DNA of 63,721 nt, the filler included, from Barthelona sp. PAP020 (taxonomy: Eukaryota), in the NCBI GenBank assembly GCA_040182905.1. It is 3 parts of 3 records of this genome, joined end to end, with 100 filler letters (N's around TTAATTAATTAA, not from the genome) between each part and the next. Parts side by side here need not be neighbours in the genome. Positions count along the whole stretch, not along the records: positions 1 to 21,436 come from JARQWU010000181.1; 2 more parts are not named here. The stretch is one strand, 5' to 3'. Of this stretch, positions 1 through 10,006 are shown one piece after another (position 1 is the stretch's first letter; every line of letters begins with the position of its first letter). The position numbers and the translations under genes were made by a program. The notes below the pieces were generated by a model that searched no databases, was not told the origin of the DNA, and saw only the letters and a list, made by a program, of their open reading frames with translations.

Positions 1-159
1 CTCATTTACACTGCAAATTTCAAATAATCCGTCAACTCCTTCTCTTTCATTCATTAAATCATTACAATAACATAATCCTTGAACGTAACGATAATCTGTC
101 AATATTGTTTCAATTATGTAATCATAAACACTTTTAAACAGTGTTTTCGCATCTGTCAT
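1..159 (-). CDS. Hypothetical protein, 5' part only (runs off the window start)
   Basis: Manual translation from ATG at 159 gives MTDAKTLFKSVYDYIIETILTDYRYVQGLCYC..., open to base 1. Not in the ORF track. Confidence 0.55.
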   Translation of the reverse strand, partial: MTDAKTLFKSVYDYIIETILTDYRYVQGLCYCNDLMNEREGVDGLFEICSVNE

Positions 160-200
160 GGTATTCTATATGTATTCAATTAATAATCATCAAAAAAAAT

Positions 201-255
201 TGTTCTTTCAATACAACATACCTTTGTTCTTTCAATACAACATACCTTTGTTCTT
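201..255. repeat. 24-bp tandem repeat, ~2.3 copies (TGTTCTTTCAATACAACATACCTT)
   Basis: Exact copies at 201-224 and 225-248, plus a partial copy at 249-255. Confidence 0.9.
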
Positions 256-361
256 CAAAATATCATAAATTGAGTATTTCTAAAATGTTGCTTTTTATTC
301 CTTTGATAAATAGAAAAAATTAAAAAATTGTAAGAAGAAAAAAAAGAAAAATCATTTTTTT

Positions 362-1156
362 ATGAATAGACCATCACAAGCTCCAAATAGATCAACGAAA
401 GGGCGAAGTGGTGCTTGGTCACGTACACCAGAAGATGATAGTTCAAAAAACTACAGAACAAGGCAAAGTTATCAACAGCAACCATCATACAATCAACGTA
501 GAGATCATTCTAATGCCCCTAAAAGAGCGCCTGAACATCGTTCTTCATATGATAGTTCTTTTGATAACTCACGTTCATTTGCCGATTTTGTGAGAGAAAA
601 TCGTAACAAAAGACCGGAAGAATTACTCTTGGAATGGTATGAAAAATCTTTGAGCGATAAAACAATTAAGACAGAAAAATTAGATTTTGAAGACCTTACT
701 GAAATAGAAAGGCCATATGTTGAGAAATTAATCCAAAAAGAGCTTGAAAACTTTGATTTTTCCAAATATTATGAGGTAACAAAGGTTGATGATGAGCACT
801 ATTGTTGGACTTGTATTGCACCTTCATTACAAAATAAGTTGAACCCTGCTTTGACATCTGGGTCGGATTCCAAATTGTGTGAGACACCTTTTATTGACAA
901 AAACTATGTTGAAAATCATATTAGGGACAAACACACTGATTTTATCAAGGAAAAAGCCAAAGAAAAAGTTTTAAATGATTTGCAATGGAAATTTAATCTT
1001 GAACATTCCACCAATGACCCAATTTTAAGACATTTGATGAATTTTTTAAAATCTCATTATGCCTCACGTTCAGGCAATCAATCAATTGGTATTGTATCTT
1101 ATGAAAATGTAGAGCCTGTTTTAATGGACATTCAAAAACCACAGAAAAATATGTGA
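362..1156 (+). CDS. Short, divergent SERRATE/Ars2-like protein (R/S-rich N-terminus, C2H2-like zinc finger)
   Basis: 264-aa ORF with CWTC...CETPFIDKNYVENHIRDKH, resembling the Ars2 finger (KxFxxxxFVxKHIxxKH). C-terminal IVSYENV resembles Ars2 IVEYRDL. Confidence 0.45.
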   Translation: MNRPSQAPNRSTKGRSGAWSRTPEDDSSKNYRTRQSYQQQPSYNQRRDHSNAPKRAPEHRSSYDSSFDNSRSFADFVRENRNKRPEELLLEWYEKSLSDKTIKTEKLDFEDLTEIERPYVEKLIQKELENFDFSKYYEVTKVDDEHYCWTCIAPSLQNKLNPALTSGSDSKLCETPFIDKNYVENHIRDKHTDFIKEKAKEKVLNDLQWKFNLEHSTNDPILRHLMNFLKSHYASRSGNQSIGIVSYENVEPVLMDIQKPQKNM

Positions 1157-1236
1157 TCGTGGAAAAACAATAAATAACAAAAACCATTCTTATTTTTATT
1201 TAATACTATTATATTAAACTATAATAATAAACCGAA

Positions 1237-1598
1237 TTATTCATCAAGTTCAGAATCATCAATGATGAAACGAAGACGATAAGAATCAACACCAGAGGAA
1301 AGAACAGTGAAGATGTTACGATAATCGTATTTCTTCAAGAACTTCTTGGTAAGATATTTGATAGTTTGTTTGGAATAAGGAACAAAAACAGTAACTAACA
1401 AAGAGGTTTCTGTTGATGAAACTTCACAATTTCCATCAAGGTTACCAGTCTTTCCGTCGAATTTAAGACGGGCTTCAAAATAAGCCTTGAGTTCTTCAAG
1501 GTCGATAAGATCACGGTTAACGGCAACAGAGCAGTCTAAAACAAAAGTACGAGACTAACAATTGTTAGATTATATAAATTATGTATACATACGGCCAT
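1237..1598 (-). CDS. RPL22: 60S ribosomal protein eL22 (exons 1598-1593 and 1554-1237)
   Basis: Spliced translation MASRTFVLDCSVAVNRDLIDLEELKAYFEARLKFDGKTGNLDG...PYSKQTIKYLTKKFLKKYDYR... matches the eL22 motifs FxxDC, GKTGNL and KYLTKKYLKK. Missed by the ORF track. Confidence 0.93.
1555..1592 (-). other. 38-nt spliceosomal intron of RPL22
   Basis: GTATGT...TCTAACAATTGTTAG; removal joins ATG GCC in frame to the eL22 exon. Confidence 0.9.
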
Positions 1599-1923
1599 CA
1601 CAGAAGGGGTAAGAACAGTTATGTCTGTAAAGAACAAAAAAGCTTCGCCCAAATTTTTGGAACTTTTTGAACAAATTTTTAAACCTTTTTAGACCTTTAA
1701 AAAAACAACTTGAAATGATAAAATATAATTTACATGCATCCTTACCTTTGACCAAATTTGATAAACTTTAAAATGAAATTTTCTTCAAGTTGTTTTATTC
1801 AGATTGATGATTCAATAATTCAAAGCTTTTGCAAATAGTGTAAATATTTTTACAAAAAAAAAAAGAATTTAAATTGGCTTCAACCGCCATGAAAAAGCAC
1901 AACAGATATCACTTTGAGCAAAA

Positions 1924-3165
1924 ATGAACAGTACAGCATCTCGAGTAATGCCAAATCGAGAATCTATTGATTCTTCAACAACGGAATATCAAATAACTGA
2001 GTATGAAATGATTGAAAAAATGAAAAAATCCAATGATTCTTTTCAAACACAGGTTGATGAAACATTTGGACAATCAGAAAAGATCTTAAAGTTTCAATAT
2101 AATCCTCCAAAACCTCCAGAAGGTCATATTAATCCAAATAAGGCTTTGTATTCTCAAAATCGAGTTATAAATGATATTCAATCATATAGAAGAGTTCCTA
2201 GAGAAGCAGAAAGAGTGTTAGATGCAAACGGTTTATCTAATGATTTTTATTTGAATTTGTTAGATTGGAGTTCGAGAAATGTTTTGGCTGTTGGTGTGGG
2301 GAGAATTGTATTTTTATGGAATGGAACAACCGAAAATGTTGTGTCCTTGTGTGAATTACCTGATAATCAACCGGTAACATCGGTTAAATGGATGGATGGT
2401 GGAACACATCTGGCAGTTGGCACAACAAATGGGTCTGTTCTTTTGTTTGATGTCATTAAACAAAAGCAAGTCAGGTGCATGTTAGGTCATTCCAATCGTG
2501 TTGGGGCCTTAGCATGGAATAACCATATACTTTCTGCAGGTGGTGCAGATGCATTGATCACAAATCACGATGTTAGAGTTTCAAATCATTTGGTCAACAC
2601 TTGGTCTTCTCATGTAGGGGAAATCTGTGGTTTAGAATGGTCACCTAATGGCCAGCAACTTGCTTCAGGAGGCAATGACAATATAGTAGCTGTTTGGAGG
2701 GAATCTACTGATTCGCCTATCATTCAACTAAATCAACATCGTGCAGCTGTTAAAGCTTTGGCTTGGTGTCCATGGCAAAATAATTTGCTATGTACTGGGG
2801 GAGGAACAGCAGATAGAACATTAAAATTTTGGAGCACTTCAAGTAGGGGAGTTTTATTAAATAGTATTGATACAGGTAGTCAGGTTTGTTCAGTGAAGTG
2901 GTCACAAAATACAAGGGAATTGGTATCAGGGCACGGATTTCAACAACATCAATTAATCATTTGGAAATATCCAAAAATGACCAAAGTAGCTGAATTGACA
3001 GGTCATACAGAGAGAGTTTTACATCTTGCATTGGCTCCAAATGGTGAAACATTGTGTTCTGCTGGTGATCAAACTTTAAGATTCTGGAAGTGTTTTGAAA
3101 AACAAGCACAACAGGGTAAAGAGTCTCAGTCTAGTTCTATTCTTTATGCCATTAATGAAAGGTGA
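1924..3165 (+). CDS. CDC20: APC/C co-activator Cdc20/Fizzy family WD40 protein
   Basis: Motifs RVLDAxGLxNDFYLNLLDWS, LASGGNDN, AAVKALAWCPWQ, GGGTADR and SQVCS; KILKF resembles the Mad2-binding motif. Confidence 0.93.
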   Translation: MNSTASRVMPNRESIDSSTTEYQITEYEMIEKMKKSNDSFQTQVDETFGQSEKILKFQYNPPKPPEGHINPNKALYSQNRVINDIQSYRRVPREAERVLDANGLSNDFYLNLLDWSSRNVLAVGVGRIVFLWNGTTENVVSLCELPDNQPVTSVKWMDGGTHLAVGTTNGSVLLFDVIKQKQVRCMLGHSNRVGALAWNNHILSAGGADALITNHDVRVSNHLVNTWSSHVGEICGLEWSPNGQQLASGGNDNIVAVWRESTDSPIIQLNQHRAAVKALAWCPWQNNLLCTGGGTADRTLKFWSTSSRGVLLNSIDTGSQVCSVKWSQNTRELVSGHGFQQHQLIIWKYPKMTKVAELTGHTERVLHLALAPNGETLCSAGDQTLRFWKCFEKQAQQGKESQSSSILYAINER

Positions 3166-3223
3166 ATTCTTTGAACTTTGTTTATGTAAATATATTTTTC
3201 TTTTCGTTATTTTTGAGTTTTTC

Positions 3224-3520
3224 ATGAACAGCGGTACAATAACGTTAATTTCAAATGATGGTTATGAATATATAGTGTCAACTCAAGCGGCTATGTGTTC
3301 AAAATATGTTCGAGAATTTTTGGCTTCAGATGAAACTTTGATGAAAAGCCCATTTTTATTACGATTTGACAATATAAATGGTGCGACATTAGAACTAGTG
3401 TGCAAATATTTCTTTTATAAAACCAGATGGACAAATGTCACCGCTGGAAGACCTCCCTTCAACATAAAACCTTCAACGGCATTAGACCTTTTACATGCAG
3501 CGATAGAGTTGGGAGTTTAA
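3224..3520 (+). CDS. ELOC: Elongin C (SKP1/BTB-like)
   Basis: ITLISNDGYEYIV...AAMCS...TLELVCKYFFYKTRW...PPFNI...ALDLLHAA. Likely start is ATG 3224, downstream of the Cdc20 stop. Confidence 0.88.
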   Translation: MNSGTITLISNDGYEYIVSTQAAMCSKYVREFLASDETLMKSPFLLRFDNINGATLELVCKYFFYKTRWTNVTAGRPPFNIKPSTALDLLHAAIELGV

Positions 3521-3679
3521 GTCATATTCTAAATTGTTTCAATTCTTTCACAAATTTTAAATTTTATGTTTTTTCGTGTGTATTCTTTGTATAAATATTT
3601 TATTATTGCTTATTTTTGGAAATTAACAAGTTTTTGGAAATAAACCTTTCAAATTTTTTTTCATTTTTCTTTTTTAAAT

Positions 3680-4512
3680 ATGGATAAGGCAATACCGATT
3701 CACAATAGGCATTTAACAAGTCGATGGAATCAGCGAGCATATGATATACACAGAAAGAAGCTCAACAAAATTAAAGGTTCCATTGACAATGCTGCACCCA
3801 AGCAATATTCCCACATTCAAAAGAATTACAAGAGATCAATTAAAGAAGAAGGTTAATTCATTTGTGTTATTGTTGTATTCTAACTGTTTTAGAGAGATGT
3901 GAAGAAATTTTCAAAGAAAATCAGATGTTACTCACAAAAATAGCTGTCATCAAATCAAGTGGAGGTAGTGTTGATACTCAATTAAAGACCCATCGCAAAC
4001 AAGAAACACTTCATGAGGCAGCAAGAAGAAGAGAGTTTGAAAGAATTGATCGAGAAAATGGAAGATTGTTAAATCGTATCAAACAAGTAAATCCAACGTA
4101 TAAACGTGAAGAATGGAAGGCACATGGAAAGAAGCACGCTCAATATTTGAAGCATATGGTGGAATTTCCAAATGACCCCACTGGTGCTATTAGTCAACTT
4201 GAAGGTGGTGTTAAATCATCAAGAAAATTGTCTAAAACTGCGAGAAAAAGTAAAGAAAACAGATTTGATGAAAATGATGAAGATTTGTATCAACCTGTTG
4301 TTGCCTCTGATAATGATAACGAAGCAGTCGAAGAACAAGAAGAGAATGTTATAGAAGAAGATGATAATCCCAATGAAGCATATCATGATGATCATTTTGT
4401 TGATTCAAATAATGATGTATATGAAGAACCTGTTGAATCAAATGAGAATTCATTTAACGATGAAAACTTCGAGGAAAACGAAAGTACTTCTCTCACTAAA
4501 GATGATGAATAA
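3680..4512 (+). CDS. CFAP97/hemingway (KIAA1430)-domain ciliary protein (exons 3680-3851 and 3893-4512)
   Basis: Exon 1 MDKAIP...WNQRAYDIHRKKL...IDNAAPK joins ERCEEIFKENQMLLTKI...ARRREFERIDRENGRLLNRI, the pattern of CFAP97D1/2; acidic tail. Confidence 0.8.
3852..3892 (+). other. 41-nt spliceosomal intron
   Basis: GTTAAT...TCTAACTGTTTTAG; contains an in-frame stop, and removal restores the CFAP97-domain frame. Confidence 0.85.
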
Positions 4513-5323
4513 CTTAAATAGTAGTCAAATTATGTTACCGAATCGAATTATCTTATATTTGGTCATGTTTTTGGTATTTTTCACTGTATAATAAAAATTA
4601 TATTTTTTTTTTCACTCGACAAAATAATAAACATTTAATAAAAGCTTTTACTGTTCAAGGTTAGAGTTTGGGTAACTTGTCACTGGTCTGTTGTGCGTAG
4701 ATTGGTTCAGAACTCTCCCATAAAAAAAAAAAAAAGGAAGGTTCTTTCCCAGGGCGAAACTTAAACAAAATAGTGATATAGAGCTGTTTAGAATATTGTT
4801 TACTTGACCTCATTTATCAATAAGATAAATTCACGTTCTTTCATTGTGTTCCGAATTAAGATGATTCTGATTGGAAACCAATTTTTACTTTACTTACAGC
4901 TTGTGTAACGTTAATATTCTTATCATAAATCATTGTATATGTATTGGATCATATTTAACAATCAGAAGTGCAAGAATAAAACCTAGAACATTGTTTATTT
5001 TGTCTTTTGGGTGAAATCCGTCCGCTTTGCTACGAACACTTTATATTTTTAATTGTCTCATGAAATAATTCATACAAAAGCTTTGAAAGATTGAAAATGA
5101 TATTCCGAAGTTGAGAACCACAAAAAAGACAACACTTTTCAATATTCTATTCTTTTTATTGGTATTGGTTCAAATAAAAAGCAGTCCTGATAAAATAAAA
5201 AAAGGAAAAACCATATCAACTGTCAAAAACAATAAGAAAAAACAAAATTGAAACAATTTCCGACAATCCAACAACAGATTCGTGATTTGAGAACCACACA
5301 ACAGAAATTTGATTGTCAAAAAA

Positions 5324-6913
5324 TTAAAAATCTTCAAGTTCCTCAAGATTTCCTTTTATTCCTGAAACCAACTGTAAGCAATCTGCACGAGTAAAAAACG
5401 TTATACTGTCCTGAAGAGCTTGACCATTTTCAGTTGGAATCAAACCCGTAAACTGTCCTTTCAGCTTTGATTGGAATATTCTATGAAAAAGTTTGTCCCA
5501 ACTTTTCATCTCATTGAAAAGATGTTTAATAAATACTCTTTGGTAAGAATCAGATCCATCCCTTTGGATACTCAGCTTTGTGACTATTTTGAAGTGAATT
5601 GCTTCTTTAGATAACAAATGAGCATATAATCTGGCAACATACTCATTTTCAACGCTAGAATGCCGATTACACTCCTTGTACCAATCGGAAAAGACACTTT
5701 CGAATGAAAACATAAAAACATTACCAATAGGTTCACGTTGCCAACATAACAAGTAACTTAATCTCAAATAGCTCGGATGCGTTTGTTGACTTATTCTTTC
5801 AACAATTGTTCTTGCAATTATGTATCCAACTGTGTTATTGAAAACATCAAAACCTTTCAAGATCATATGAGCCATATCATCTCCCTTAATAGCTGATTGC
5901 ATTGCCTGTTTGACTTTTCTAGCAACATTCTTTGAAAAAGAAGAAGTTAAATCCACTGTTATTTTGCTTGCTTCTTTTATCATTTCCTTAGAAGTTTCTT
6001 TTTCTGTGTTTATTGCAACCATTTGTTGTTTCTGTTGGTCTTGTTGTTCCTGTTGTTCCCGTGCCTGTTGTTCACGATTATACTCGTCCACCATAATTTC
6101 TTGGAGCAAATCTTTGACAAACACCTCATATTGCTCATTCATCCTAATGAATTCCTCTGAATTCATGGGAACAAACATAGATAGACCGAATTTTGGTTCA
6201 ATAACAGTCTCCAAATCAATATCATGAACAATAACGTCTTTATTACAAACTAAATCAAGATGCTTTCTTATCATCATTGCTCTTTGATCTTCGAAATGAA
6301 ATTTGTATTCGTTAAAGAAAATATTGATAAAATTTTCAGAATTTTTAGAAATGTTCTGGTCACGCAATATGTATCTTAACTTATTGGCAAAAAAATTCAA
6401 TTGGTTTTTGTCTTCGATAAATAAATGTCTTCCTACACACATTAAAACTTTACAAGATAAAATTATCAAAAAATCAGAAGGTCTTTCAGTCTCCAAAAAT
6501 AAACTTAACAATTGAAGTATGACTCTATTGTCTAAAACATGATAATTAATCAATTCACATAAGAAAATCATTCTGGTTTCAACATGAATGGGATCACTTT
6601 TTAAACCCTCTAATATTTCATATAATAATTGATGTATAACAATTTCACCAATTTTTGGAAAATATAAATTAATAACTGATAATAGGGAACTCAAAACATT
6701 ATCAATTCTTATTCTTGATGAAATTTTTAATTGAGTATCTAATAAACATTGAATAAATAATTCTTTCGTCCAATCTAAATTAACACAAAAAAATTCAGGC
6801 AAAACACTTTTGATGTTTGCATATGTTAATTTGTTGAAAAGAAAGCGATATGTTCTTAAAGACGTTTTCCATAATAAATTCTGAGAAGTAAAATCACCAA
6901 AAGAACTTTTCAT
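5324..6913 (-). CDS. CWC22: CWC22-like splicing factor (MIF4G + MA3 domains), divergent
   Basis: WKTSLR...FNKLTYANIKSVLPEFFCVNL...LFIQCLLDTQ aligns by eye with the CWC22 MIF4G start. The C-terminal VARLYAHLL...RVFIKHLF...SITFFT...L resembles the MA3 region. Confidence 0.7.
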   Translation of the reverse strand: MKSSFGDFTSQNLLWKTSLRTYRFLFNKLTYANIKSVLPEFFCVNLDWTKELFIQCLLDTQLKISSRIRIDNVLSSLLSVINLYFPKIGEIVIHQLLYEILEGLKSDPIHVETRMIFLCELINYHVLDNRVILQLLSLFLETERPSDFLIILSCKVLMCVGRHLFIEDKNQLNFFANKLRYILRDQNISKNSENFINIFFNEYKFHFEDQRAMMIRKHLDLVCNKDVIVHDIDLETVIEPKFGLSMFVPMNSEEFIRMNEQYEVFVKDLLQEIMVDEYNREQQAREQQEQQDQQKQQMVAINTEKETSKEMIKEASKITVDLTSSFSKNVARKVKQAMQSAIKGDDMAHMILKGFDVFNNTVGYIIARTIVERISQQTHPSYLRLSYLLCWQREPIGNVFMFSFESVFSDWYKECNRHSSVENEYVARLYAHLLSKEAIHFKIVTKLSIQRDGSDSYQRVFIKHLFNEMKSWDKLFHRIFQSKLKGQFTGLIPTENGQALQDSITFFTRADCLQLVSGIKGNLEELEDF

Positions 6914-7085
6914 CCATGTAAAAAATCGATTAGAAAAAAACTATTCATCTCTTTTTCATGATCAAATATGAATAAATTTTCAAATTCATAAGTTATCAAT
7001 ATGTTTCAATAACTATTTTTTAACAATTTATAAATAATTATCAAGTTATTTAGCTTCAGTTTTTTGTACATTTTTTTTTGGTCTT

Positions 7086-8729
7086 ATGTCATCATTTCGA
7101 TCTCGATATGTTCGATTTTGTGGACATTCTGGAATTGTAGCTAATTCTACTGTTCAAAGTCAATTAGGAAATGATACATTAATTTTACCGATTGATGCAT
7201 TTCAAAGAGAAGATTTAAATCCAATATTTAAAGCACTTAATAAGGATGCATCATTAAAACATTTTTATATTAGTATTGGTTCTGATTATTTGCCTGGTGA
7301 GAATGCTTCTGCAAAAAGAAGACGTTTTTCCAGATTTCAGTCAGGTTTAATGCCAAATATTAATGATTCTCTTATAAGTATATTACGTTCGTTAGTTTCT
7401 ATTGCTGAAAATAATTCTCGCCAAATTCAAACGTTGTCTTTTATTGGGATCAAATTTCAACAGAATACTCGTCGACTCTTATGTTCTATTCTTAATGAAT
7501 GTAAACAACTTCGTACCATAGTATTATCAAATGCAGGATTAACTGATAAACACAAAGCAATTTTGACTCGAATATTTAATCCTGAAAGCCACGCTTTACA
7601 ACTAGTTGACCTTAGTGATAACGAATTGACGGATGAATCTGGAACTTTGATATTACATCAATTAACCAATGAAGTTGATATTAGGCTTGGGCAATCATGG
7701 GAACAGAGTTTGCGTTTTGACAGACCTTCTGAGATCTCTGGAATTGTTAAGTTAGTTTTGAGAAATAATTCTTTTTCGGATGGTTTTATCATTGAACTGT
7801 GTAAAATACTTGAAAGAGATCAGTATTTTCAGTTTTTGAACATAAGTGGAAACAAGATAACTGATATGGCTTGTAAAGCTGTGGAACATTTATTTGAACA
7901 AGTACCTTCTATTGAAGTTGTTTTAGATCAAACTCAAGGACAGTCGAATGGTGATGAAAAGAGCGATGATCGAGTTAAAATTCCCAAAACAAAAAAAAAA
8001 AAGGAATTATTCAATCACACTGAAGTTACTTCCGATCAAGAACAGATTTGTTTGTTAGACCTTATGCAGGCTAAAGATATGCGACCTTTAATAGCCGCTT
8101 TAAGCACTAGTCAAGCAAAAAAGTTGTTAGAAGCGTCGGTAATTGCGCATATACAGCTTGAAGAGAATCGTAGATTGCATGAAGAACAAATGAATGTAGT
8201 TGATGATATGAGTCTGTTATCTCCCTCTTTTAAGGAGAAAAACACTAAATTACCAATTCCTGTTGTAGCTAATTTTGAACAAAGACCCGAAATGAATGTC
8301 GAACATGACTTCAAAATGACATACCTTGAAAGTCCCCAAAATGAGCAGCTATTGAACGACGATGATTTAAATGAGACTGGGTTGACTGATACCAATAGAA
8401 CTGTACAAAAAAATTTAGATGATCTGCCAGAAGTCTCAACTCACATTCCCAAAATCCAATTAAATACACAAGATGAAAGGGAAGAAGCTGATGATTTAGT
8501 TATTGAGAGTGAGACAAGCTTTATTAATCATTTTCAAACATTTGATGAAGAAAAGTATGTTAGCAGGGAATTATTTGATGAAGTGTGTGATCAACTCGAT
8601 GAAATGGGAAAATGGTTAAGAAGAGCGCAATTTGATTGTTCAACTCAATGTAAACCAAAAACTAGAAGTGTCCTGATTCAAAAAGGTCCTGCAGTACTTC
8701 AAAAACCCATGTATTTTGAAGATAAATAG
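7086..8729 (+). CDS. CEP78: CEP78-like centriolar LRR protein
   Basis: N-terminal LRRs, IDAFQREDLNPIFKALNKD and the CEP78 signature WEQSLRFDRP (cf. WAESLRYRRP). Confidence 0.7.
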   Translation: MSSFRSRYVRFCGHSGIVANSTVQSQLGNDTLILPIDAFQREDLNPIFKALNKDASLKHFYISIGSDYLPGENASAKRRRFSRFQSGLMPNINDSLISILRSLVSIAENNSRQIQTLSFIGIKFQQNTRRLLCSILNECKQLRTIVLSNAGLTDKHKAILTRIFNPESHALQLVDLSDNELTDESGTLILHQLTNEVDIRLGQSWEQSLRFDRPSEISGIVKLVLRNNSFSDGFIIELCKILERDQYFQFLNISGNKITDMACKAVEHLFEQVPSIEVVLDQTQGQSNGDEKSDDRVKIPKTKKKKELFNHTEVTSDQEQICLLDLMQAKDMRPLIAALSTSQAKKLLEASVIAHIQLEENRRLHEEQMNVVDDMSLLSPSFKEKNTKLPIPVVANFEQRPEMNVEHDFKMTYLESPQNEQLLNDDDLNETGLTDTNRTVQKNLDDLPEVSTHIPKIQLNTQDEREEADDLVIESETSFINHFQTFDEEKYVSRELFDEVCDQLDEMGKWLRRAQFDCSTQCKPKTRSVLIQKGPAVLQKPMYFEDK

Positions 8730-8986
8730 TATTTTCTGTAATTTTTTTGATGATTAAAAGTTTGTTGAATTATAAATGGATTTTTTTTTGGATTTTTTTT
8801 TGAAAAATTATCTGCAACAAAAGAACCAGAAGAAAATTATTCCTTTCTCTTTTATTATTTGAAAAGATACACAAAACAACAGTTTTGAAAATTTTGAAAA
8901 AGCAATAAAGGTTTTTTTTGGGAAAATTTTGAGCAAATTTTCCAAGGTTTTTCTTCTCTTTTATTATGAGTGATTTTTCATGATTC

Positions 8987-9970
8987 ATGTTGATTGATAC
9001 GAATACAAAAAATCTAAATGTCGATGAAATAGAACGTGAAATCCTATCAGAAAATGATAGCAATGAAAATGTTGAAGGGTCTTTGAAAATTGAACTTAGG
9101 GAAGAAAATGAGTTTGTAATTGAAAGTACAAATGCATATGGAGGTTTTGCGACTGTCTATAACTGTAGATTGAAGGAAAACAATCAAATGTTTGTATTAA
9201 AGCAATTCAATTACGATAGGGAGCAGTTACAAATTATTGCAATGACTATAGAAGCTGAATTAAACGCATTTGTTCATTTAAAACATCCAAATATCATTTC
9301 ATTATTGTTTGTTGTTGAAGATAGCTTTTCACAGTTTTATTCATTTGCTTTTCCTTATTATGAATATTCTTTAGCAGATTTTATTCAAAGTAATATGCTT
9401 TCATGTTGGTCTAGTCCTGACAAATACTATTTCTTGTTTAAATTGTTGGGAGCTTTGGAATATATTCACTCGAAAAATTATGCCCATCTTGATTTAACTC
9501 CAAGGAACATTCTTTTGAACGAAAAAGAACCTGTTTTAACTGATTTTGGCAATTGTGTTCCATTGAATGAATGTTGCAAATATTCTTTGACAACTTTGGC
9601 CTATAGATCACCTGAAAGATTATTGGGATATGCTATTTCAACGTATTCAATGGATGTTTGGGCTTTTGGATGTGTTGCTTTTCTTGTGTTGGTAGGTGAA
9701 CCTTTGTTTGATGCTCAAAATGAAATGTTGTTGTTGAAACAATTAGTTGAAGTTTTTGGATTTCCAGAAGATGAATCTTTTATAAATAGTTGTCCTCATC
9801 TTAATTTTATCAATATGCATGCTTTTGAAAAAATTTATTCCATTGAAAACAAATTATCAGGTCTTATTCCAGTTGAAAAAGAATTTTTATTAAAGATTTT
9901 TGCTCCATTTACTTTGAAAAGACTTTCTTGCAGTTCTTTGATGAAAGAACCAATTTTTTCCAACTTGTAA
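8987..9970 (+). CDS. Divergent CMGC/CDK-like Ser/Thr kinase
   Basis: VLK, HPNII, HLDLTPRNILL, DFG, TLAYRSPERLLG and DVWAFGC motifs. Confidence 0.85.
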   Translation: MLIDTNTKNLNVDEIEREILSENDSNENVEGSLKIELREENEFVIESTNAYGGFATVYNCRLKENNQMFVLKQFNYDREQLQIIAMTIEAELNAFVHLKHPNIISLLFVVEDSFSQFYSFAFPYYEYSLADFIQSNMLSCWSSPDKYYFLFKLLGALEYIHSKNYAHLDLTPRNILLNEKEPVLTDFGNCVPLNECCKYSLTTLAYRSPERLLGYAISTYSMDVWAFGCVAFLVLVGEPLFDAQNEMLLLKQLVEVFGFPEDESFINSCPHLNFINMHAFEKIYSIENKLSGLIPVEKEFLLKIFAPFTLKRLSCSSLMKEPIFSNL

Positions 9971-10006
9971 AGAAGGTTGAATTTTTTTTTTCCTTGAAAA
10001 TAATCA

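Noticed and set aside
201..255. Direct repeat as a possible CRISPR array
   Set aside because: The copies are adjacent with no spacers, there are no cas genes, and the context is eukaryotic.
3095..3223. Apparent overlap of the elongin C ORF with Cdc20
   Set aside because: The ORF-track start is a TTG; homology begins at ATG 3224.
4700..4765. RNase P CR-I-like (GGGAGAGTTCTGAA, minus strand) and SRP-like (CCAGGGCGAAAC) motifs
   Set aside because: No matching P4 3' strand or CR-V, and no AGCAG partner for SRP helix 8.
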